64,000 bases of DNA from Vicinamibacteria bacterium (GTDB taxonomy: Bacteria > Acidobacteriota > Vicinamibacteria > Marinacidobacterales > Marinacidobacteraceae). The notes beneath the pieces were generated by a model, which was not told the origin of the DNA, made no database searches, and saw nothing but the letters and a program-made list of their open reading frames with translations. A program made the position numbers and the translations under genes. Shown here piece after piece: positions 57,829 to 64,000 of the stretch. The DNA lies in NCBI GenBank assembly GCA_963422395.1, contig OY729431.1, positions 1,792,001-1,856,000 on the forward strand, in the 5' to 3' direction. Each line of letters begins with the position of its first letter. Within the stretch, counting starts at the first letter, position 1.

Positions 57829-59673
57829 TCAGCGAATTTCGGGGAGGAACGGAAGGAGCGCCAGCCGGCCCCCCCGGAGCACCTCGACGAGCAGGGGCAG
57901 CCGCCCCCGCACTCCGCCGGCAGCGAGCCGCGCCTCGATCGCCTCCGCGAGGGTCGGCGGCTCCGGCAGGACGATCGTCTCGATGGGCGCTCCCTCGGGA
58001 AACCCCGCCTCGACCGCGGCCAGCCGGACCGCATCCGCGAGCCCGCCGAGTTCGTCCACCAGCCCTGCTTCGAGCGCCTGCCGCCCGCTGAAGACCCGGC
58101 CCTGCCCCCGGGCATCCACCTCCGCCGCCGTCATCGCGCGCGCCTCGGCCACCCGTTCGACGAAGACTCCATAGGCCTCGGCCGCGCCCTCGCGCAGCCG
58201 TTCCCGTTCTTCCGGGTCCAGCGGACGGGCGGGGCTGAGCCAGTTCGGACGGCCGCCGAGCGAAACGATTTCGGAAGCCACCCCGACCTTCTCGAGTAGC
58301 TCGCCGATGCTGAACTTGCCGACCCAGACCCCGATGGAGCCGGTCACGCTGAGCGGCGCCGCCACCACCCGCCGCGCCGCAGTGGAGACCCAGTAGCCGC
58401 CCGAAGCGGCGGTATCGCCGAAGGAGGCGACGACCGGCTTCGCCGCGCGCACCCGTTCCGCAGCCCGCCAGATACTGTCGGAGGCGGAATCCGCGCCGCC
58501 GGGACTGGAAACGCGGAGCACCACTGCATCCACCGACGGCTCCTCGCGGGCCCAGTCGAGCGCCGCGGCCACCGTCTCCGCCCCGGCGACTTTCCCGAAC
58601 ATCACTTCGTCGCGGCTCGCTCCGGACAGGATCGCCCCATCCACATGGACGACGGCTACCCGCGCACCGCCGGCCCCCTCCGCCCCGGATCCCGAAATAC
58701 CGAAGCCGGACGAGGCGAGATAGTCGCCGAGCGGAAGCAGCGCCCCTTCCCCGAGATCATCCCGAATCTCGTCCTGGTAGCTGAGGGCGTCCACCAGGCC
58801 CCGGTCGAGCGCCTGGCGCGCGGTGTGGGGTCCGTCGGTGAGCAGCCGGTCGGCCTCCGCCAGCGCCATCCCCCTGCCCTCGGCCACCGCGGCGGCGAGT
58901 TCGGCTCGGTAGTCCTCGCCGAGTGAGGTGAGCTGAGCCCGGTGTTCGGGGGTCATCCGCGACCTGGTGAACACCTCGGGCGCGGTCTTGTAGGCGCCGA
59001 TGGCTTCGAACTGCGCCTCGACCCCCAGCTTCTCGAGGAGATCTCCGTAGAACAGCACCTCCAGGGAGATCCCGTAGAGCCCCAATTGGCCGCGTGGGTG
59101 GAGATGGACGCGCTCGGCGGCGCTCGCGAGGTAGTAGTCCATCAGGCCCGCGTACTCCAGGGAAGCGGTCACCCGCTTGCCGACCTCGCGGAAACGGAGC
59201 GCTGCGTCCCGGAGTTCCTGTGCGCGCGCCCAGCCGATCTGCGTCTCCCGGACCCGGAGGTGCAGCCCGACGATTCTGGGGTCTGCCGCGGCGGCGGAGA
59301 CCGCGGCGATCAGCTCGCCGAAACTCGGGCCCGCATCCAGGAAGAGGAACGGGGCGTGCGGCAGGGTCTCCGGGTAGTCGGCGCCGGTGCCGACCAGCAG
59401 GATGCTTCCCTCCGGCACCGGCGGCCCTCCGCCGAAAACGAAAGCGGCCAGCATTCCGAAGAGCAGGACGCCGATGCCGAGGGCGAGAACGAGCATGGCC
59501 GCGAGCAGACAGCCGGTTCGGGACCGGCGTCTGCCGGCACCGGGAGGAGCAGCCGACGGAGGAGGCAGCGGTCCAGCGCCGCCGCGGCCGACTCCCGGAG
59601 GCTGTCCGGAGAACCCCGGCGGGGCGGAGAGCTCGCTCACCCGGCGGAAAACCCCGGAAACGGGACCGGGCAC
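57829..59673 (-). CDS. sppA: Signal peptide peptidase SppA (long, 67K type)
   Basis: YYLAS, GAYKTAPE, RVSSPGG, AASGGYW, TGSIGV, GRVFSG. Confidence 0.92.
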   Translation of the reverse strand: MPGPVSGVFRRVSELSAPPGFSGQPPGVGRGGAGPLPPPSAAPPGAGRRRSRTGCLLAAMLVLALGIGVLLFGMLAAFVFGGGPPVPEGSILLVGTGADYPETLPHAPFLFLDAGPSFGELIAAVSAAAADPRIVGLHLRVRETQIGWARAQELRDAALRFREVGKRVTASLEYAGLMDYYLASAAERVHLHPRGQLGLYGISLEVLFYGDLLEKLGVEAQFEAIGAYKTAPEVFTRSRMTPEHRAQLTSLGEDYRAELAAAVAEGRGMALAEADRLLTDGPHTARQALDRGLVDALSYQDEIRDDLGEGALLPLGDYLASSGFGISGSGAEGAGGARVAVVHVDGAILSGASRDEVMFGKVAGAETVAAALDWAREEPSVDAVVLRVSSPGGADSASDSIWRAAERVRAAKPVVASFGDTAASGGYWVSTAARRVVAAPLSVTGSIGVWVGKFSIGELLEKVGVASEIVSLGGRPNWLSPARPLDPEERERLREGAAEAYGVFVERVAEARAMTAAEVDARGQGRVFSGRQALEAGLVDELGGLADAVRLAAVEAGFPEGAPIETIVLPEPPTLAEAIEARLAAGGVRGRLPLLVEVLRGGRLALLPFLPEIR

Positions 59674-59788
59674 TGCGCCGGAATCACGCAGCGTCCCGCG
59701 GGGAACGCCGCACTCCGCGGGAAGGATTCATCGCTGCCTGCACCACCATCTGTCGAGGGGTCGGAGAGAGGATCGGGGGGAGAGGCGA

Positions 59789-60475
59789 TCAGGAAGAGAT
59801 GTCGGGAAGCCGATCGCGCCGCGCCTCCGCGAGGTCCCGAAACGCCGACGCGGGGTACTCCTCGACGAGCCGCTCGTAGAGCGCGAGCGCCGCTTCCGGA
59901 CGGCCCTGCGCCTCTTCCAGAACTCCGAGTTCGTAGAGCACCGGGTCGAGCGGCAGCTCCCCGCCGCGGTCGAGCAGGCTCCGGTAGTTGACCGCCGCCT
60001 CCTCGGCCATCCCCGACCGCCACTGGACGCCGGCGAGGCTCAGGACGGCGAGCTCGCCGAGCAGGTCGTTACGACTGGAGGCCGCAGTGAAACCCGCTGC
60101 CGCCGCCTCGTAATCACCGAGTGCCCGATGGCAGACCCCGAGGTAGTACTGCGCGGTGCGGCCTTCGAGGGAACTCCCCTGGCTCTCGGCGAGCCCTTCG
60201 AGTTCGGGGAGCGACACCTCGCAGACCCCGGACTGGGCCGGCTCGCCGCCGCTCTGTCGCTGGATCTCGCCGGTGAGGGCGCCGAGACGAGTCTGGGCGG
60301 CCTCCTTCCGGTTCCCCCGGTTCACCAGCAGCCCGCCGATCAGGAGCGCGGCGCCGATTACGCCCGCCGTCGCGGTGACCAGCAGGCGGCGGTTCCCGAG
60401 GGCCCAGTCGTACGCCTGTTCGACGCGATAGAGCAGCGCGTTGCTCTCGAGTCGGTGCCGTTCGTCGCCACGCAT
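59789..60475 (-). CDS. Membrane-anchored TPR protein (YfgM-like)
   Basis: ERHRLE N-terminus, single TM, TPR-like helices, EYPAS. Confidence 0.75.
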   Translation of the reverse strand: MRGDERHRLESNALLYRVEQAYDWALGNRRLLVTATAGVIGAALLIGGLLVNRGNRKEAAQTRLGALTGEIQRQSGGEPAQSGVCEVSLPELEGLAESQGSSLEGRTAQYYLGVCHRALGDYEAAAAGFTAASSRNDLLGELAVLSLAGVQWRSGMAEEAAVNYRSLLDRGGELPLDPVLYELGVLEEAQGRPEAALALYERLVEEYPASAFRDLAEARRDRLPDISS

Positions 60476-60641
60476 CGCGGGTCCGGGAAAAGATTAGCAG
60501 CCGTCGTGGACGGAGTCACCGCGGCAGTGTCGAGTAGCTGGGGGTCCCGGTCGGGAAGACCCGACCGGGGACCCTCGCTCTCCGGCGTGTTCGCGGGGCC
60601 ATGTTGGCCCGCATGGAGCGACCAAACGATGCCCCTTGCAT

Positions 60642-62000
60642 TCAGACCCGGACCACCCCGGTCAACCGGGCGCGGTCCGGGATCCGGCTCGGTCGGCCGG
60701 GGCGGCCCAGGATCGTGACCTCTCCCTCGCAGGCGACTTCCCGGCCGAAGCGGACATCTCCGCTGATCCGCAGCCGATCGCAGGCGATGAGCGAGGGAGG
60801 ACCGTGGGGAAAGCGGGATTCGAGGTCGCTGATGAAGCCGTAGCGCTCGCGGTCGAGCTCTACCGGGGGCGGCTCGCGCACCGGCTCGACGAGCCCGTTC
60901 TCGTCGATGGCGTAGATGTCCGAGCGCAGCACCAAAAGGTTCCCGGTGGTCTTGACCGGCGCGAAGCGGCGCCGCGAGACCTCGACCGCCTGCGCCCCTT
61001 CGAGGGCTTCGATGGCGCTCCCCGCCGCCAGCTCCAAATGGAACACCGGGGTCGAGTCCGGTTTCCGGGGGTCGGCGGTCTTCGGATTCACGATGGTGGG
61101 CAGCGGCAGGAAGCCCTGGTTCCGTTCGAGCGCCCTCGCCAGCGCGTCGAGGCGCAGCCAGAGATTGTTCGCGTTGAAGTAGCGGTACCGCTCGGGATCG
61201 GCGAAGGGGGCGCGGTCTTCCGGCGCGCACTGGGCGGTCTCCCGCAGGACCAGCCGGCCGTCCGCCTTGCGGCGGGCCAGATGGCCGCCCTTCCAGTCCT
61301 GCTCGGTCCGACGGACCGCCTCCATGAGGAAGGGCGCCCCACAACGGATGAAGTATCCGAGCAGCGCCGGATCGGGCGAGCCGCCCGCATTGTCCACATT
61401 GGAAAGGAAGCCGTAGCGGAACCCCTCGTCGAGCAGCCGCGCGAGCAGACCGCCCGCACCGAGCGCGGTGTAGAGGTCGCCGTGTCCCGGAGGACACCAC
61501 TCCAGCTCCGGCCTCCCCGGGACCCGCACCGGAAGGAGGTCTTCCCGGCGCAGCTTCGGGGCTTCGTGCTGCAGGAAACAGTCGATCTTCCGCCCGCCCA
61601 GCGCGCTGCGGATCGCGGCGTCGGTGGCGAAGCTGTTCATGAGCAGCGGTCGGAATCCGGCGAAAGCCGCCTGCTGGAGCGCGATGTCGAGAAAGGTCCG
61701 GTCCTTCGTCGCGCGGAGAAGCGCCTTCGGAGCCCGCATTCCCATCGTGGTGCCGAGCCCCCCGTTCAGGGTGATCGCCACGGTGCGCGCCCGCTCGGCC
61801 GGCGAAGCGGGGGGAGCCTCGGCGGAAAACCGAGGGAGCGCACCGATCGGCTCGATGGCGTCTTCGGCGAGATACCCCGGCCCCCGGCGGGCTTCCGCAA
61901 CCGAACGAAGGAAACTCCGGACGAAGGCGGGCGGCATCCCGCGGCCGCGAAGCGCAGCTTCGATGGGGCCGGCAGCGGAGTTCGACACGGACTCGTTCAC
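60642..62000 (-). CDS. UTP--glucose-1-phosphate uridylyltransferase, eukaryote-type (UDPGP family)
   Basis: LNGGLGTTMG, WCPPGHGDLY, SNVDN, KGGHL, LRETAQ, FNANNLW, RFAPVKTT; GTG start overlaps the upstream stop. Confidence 0.92.
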   Translation of the reverse strand: MNESVSNSAAGPIEAALRGRGMPPAFVRSFLRSVAEARRGPGYLAEDAIEPIGALPRFSAEAPPASPAERARTVAITLNGGLGTTMGMRAPKALLRATKDRTFLDIALQQAAFAGFRPLLMNSFATDAAIRSALGGRKIDCFLQHEAPKLRREDLLPVRVPGRPELEWCPPGHGDLYTALGAGGLLARLLDEGFRYGFLSNVDNAGGSPDPALLGYFIRCGAPFLMEAVRRTEQDWKGGHLARRKADGRLVLRETAQCAPEDRAPFADPERYRYFNANNLWLRLDALARALERNQGFLPLPTIVNPKTADPRKPDSTPVFHLELAAGSAIEALEGAQAVEVSRRRFAPVKTTGNLLVLRSDIYAIDENGLVEPVREPPPVELDRERYGFISDLESRFPHGPPSLIACDRLRISGDVRFGREVACEGEVTILGRPGRPSRIPDRARLTGVVRV

Positions 62001-63169
62001 GCCGAAGCGATCGCCTTCCGCCCGCGGCGGCGAAAGGCGATCGCCCCCACCGGAAGGAGGGCCGCCAGTACCGTCCAGCCGAGCGGCTGGCGGATCACGC
62101 CCGCGAGCAGAAGCACTAGGAAGAGCACACCTCCCGCAAGGCGCAGCGGCCCGTACCAGCGGCGGTGTCGGGTGGCCAGCAGGAAATCGGTAGGCGGCAC
62201 ACCGAAGGCGAGCAGACTGGTCCGGAATTCGGGAAGAGGGGTCAGCGCGAGAACCCCGCAGGCCGCGGCGCCGACCAGAGTGAGGAGCGCGACCGTGGTT
62301 CCCGCCGCCGCCCGGGGAATCACGCCGGGGCCCGGAATCAGGATCAGGAGCGCGAGCCCGAAGGCAACCGCGAAGAGCCAGGGGAGATAGGGCCCGCTTC
62401 CCGGATCGGCCGGCAGGAGATCGCCGTCCCGCCCCCGATGGAGCTGTCGGGGCGGGGCGCCGTACACAGCCTCGACCCCGTGGCGCAGCGCCCCCGGCAG
62501 GAACATGGCCTCGAAGGAGCTGATCGGGCGGTCCACGGCCTGCCCGACCCCGATGTCCGAAAGCCAGAGCAGGAGCGGACGGTCCCCGAGACCCCGGCGG
62601 ATGTGGGTGCGGAAGGTGGCCTCCCGATCTCGACCGAAGCTGCCGCGTCCGGAGAACCTCGGCGGCAACGGCAGCGGCTCGCCGAGCGCCCCGGCCGCCG
62701 CCTCGTCGAGATAGTCCCGGATCCGGGTGGTGCAGTTGTCGCGGAAATGATCGTAGATGTACCCGCCGGCGCCCGGAACCAGGTCCGCAGTGATCCGGCC
62801 GAGCAGGAGGTCGCGTCCTTCGGGGGAGAGTTCGAGATCCTGGCGAAACACGCTCCGGTCGTCCCGGAAGTAGGTGTCCAGCACCGCATCGTACGGCGAA
62901 ACGGAGACCCAGAAGAGCGCGCGGCCCCGCAGCACTTCCCAGACGAGGCCGAGCGGGCGGGAGAAATCGGTCGTGCCGTAGTTGAGGCAACGGTCTCCGA
63001 CGCAGAGCGCGGCGTGCCCCCACTCTCGAAACAACACGCTGTGGTCCGGACCCATCGTCAACAGCACCACCGGGAGCGGTGCCCTCGACCCCGACGGTTC
63101 GGAGGATCGGCCGGAAGGCTGGCCGGCGGCAGCCGCTGCCGGCGAGGCGACGAGCAGCGCGGTGAACAT
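61997..63169 (-). CDS. DUF4105/Lnb-like membrane protein
   Basis: LLTMGP, WGHAAL, NYGTTDF, YDHFRDNCTTRIRD, MFLP, C-terminal TM helices; start uncertain. Confidence 0.8.
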   Translation of the reverse strand: MFTALLVASPAAAAAGQPSGRSSEPSGSRAPLPVVLLTMGPDHSVLFREWGHAALCVGDRCLNYGTTDFSRPLGLVWEVLRGRALFWVSVSPYDAVLDTYFRDDRSVFRQDLELSPEGRDLLLGRITADLVPGAGGYIYDHFRDNCTTRIRDYLDEAAAGALGEPLPLPPRFSGRGSFGRDREATFRTHIRRGLGDRPLLLWLSDIGVGQAVDRPISSFEAMFLPGALRHGVEAVYGAPPRQLHRGRDGDLLPADPGSGPYLPWLFAVAFGLALLILIPGPGVIPRAAAGTTVALLTLVGAAACGVLALTPLPEFRTSLLAFGVPPTDFLLATRHRRWYGPLRLAGGVLFLVLLLAGVIRQPLGWTVLAALLPVGAIAFRRRGRKAIASA

Positions 63170-63275
63170 CACTGCGGGCAGTGCCCCGGGGAGTCGGTCC
63201 AAGACGGACGGGAATTGTAGTGAGCCGCCGACGCGCCGAGGCATGAATCGGAGATGGGCTCCTATACTGGAAACC

Positions 63276-64000
63276 ATGCGGATCCAGCCCGCGCGGCGGA
63301 AACCGGGCGTGCCCTTGCCCGCACCCCGGTCCCTGCCCTCGACCCAGCCGGGAGCGGAGTCCGGCGGCGAAGGTCTCGGGACGGCGCCGGTGGCCGGGGA
63401 GGCGCTGATCTTGTGGGACCGGCAGAGACCGGGCCGGAAGCGGGATGCCGTGGATACCGACCAGATCACCCCCTCCGCCTTCTGCGTCTCGGAGAGCCTC
63501 GACACCCTCGACCAGCGATGGAAGGACGGTGCCTTCCGCTACCTGATGCCCGACTTCGCCCAGCGGGTGCGCGCCGGGCAGAACTTTCTCGTCGCCGGGG
63601 AGCGGTTCGGTATCGGTTCCTCGAGAGAGATGAGCCCCGCCGGCCTGCTGGGAGTGGCGCGCGATGCCGGGAGGACGCTGGTGCTGGTGCTCGGGAGCGG
63701 GGTCGGGGAGATCTTCCGCAAGAACGCCCTGCACCTGGGCCTCGAAGTGCTGGAATGCCCCGAAGCGGCGGCCGAGGCCGCAGACGGCCACCGCTTCCGG
63801 TTCGACCCGGACTCCCGCGAACTGGTGAACGAGACTCTCGGCCGAGGCTACCAGCCGAAGCCGCTCGACGAGCGCGAAGAGGCGCTGCGGCGCGCGGGGG
63901 GCCTCTTCCCGATCGGACGGCGGGAATTCCTGACATCGCTCGAGGAGGAACCCCAAATCACCTGGCCCGACGCCCGACAGGCGCGCCGCCTCACCGCCGC
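63276..64000 (+). CDS. Aconitase-family protein starting with a LeuD-like swivel domain, runs off the window edge
   Basis: Manual translation (absent from the ORF track): VDTDQITP, VAGERFGIGSSRE, IFRKNALHLGL, AGGL, then open to the edge. Confidence 0.85.
   Translation, partial: MRIQPARRKPGVPLPAPRSLPSTQPGAESGGEGLGTAPVAGEALILWDRQRPGRKRDAVDTDQITPSAFCVSESLDTLDQRWKDGAFRYLMPDFAQRVRAGQNFLVAGERFGIGSSREMSPAGLLGVARDAGRTLVLVLGSGVGEIFRKNALHLGLEVLECPEAAAEAADGHRFRFDPDSRELVNETLGRGYQPKPLDEREEALRRAGGLFPIGRREFLTSLEEEPQITWPDARQARRLTA

Noticed and set aside
60642-63956. Apparent 1104-aa ORF
   Set aside because: Only the last 452 aa are the UGPase; the rest overlaps the DUF4105 gene in another frame and the LeuD-like gene on the other strand.

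Overview
A high-GC (about 70% by eye), gene-dense bacterial chromosome segment. The gene orders rplM-rpsI-rpsB-tsf-pyrH-frr, def-fmt-rsmB-PASTA-rpe-bamD and grpE-dnaJ-rsmE...recX-alaS suggest Acidobacteriota (inference, not a search result). It is mostly housekeeping and metabolic genes (ppk1, glpK, thrC-like, copA, ald, alaS, apt, sppA, a eukaryote-type UDP-glucose pyrophosphorylase) plus tRNA-Gly(CCC) and tRNA-Arg(CCT). One decayed mobile patch lies at about 27.4-29.2 kb: a truncated Cre-like tyrosine recombinase, a 44-aa membrane peptide, an IS3-like remnant and about 730 bp of unexplained non-coding DNA. Signals the gene list does not explain: (i) a ~230-bp two-copy repeat with multiple hairpins and compensatory base changes; (ii) a CTAG-flanked MITE family whose ends coincide with stop codons; (iii) strong apparent depletion of ACGT, replaced by ATGT/ACAT; (iv) TAnnnT hexamers 6-9 nt before many start codons (leaderless signature); (v) recurrent 15-bp micro-tandem repeats; (vi) a rod-like leader upstream of rplM. 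No CRISPR array or intact defence system was seen. All calls come from reading motifs by eye; no searches were run.
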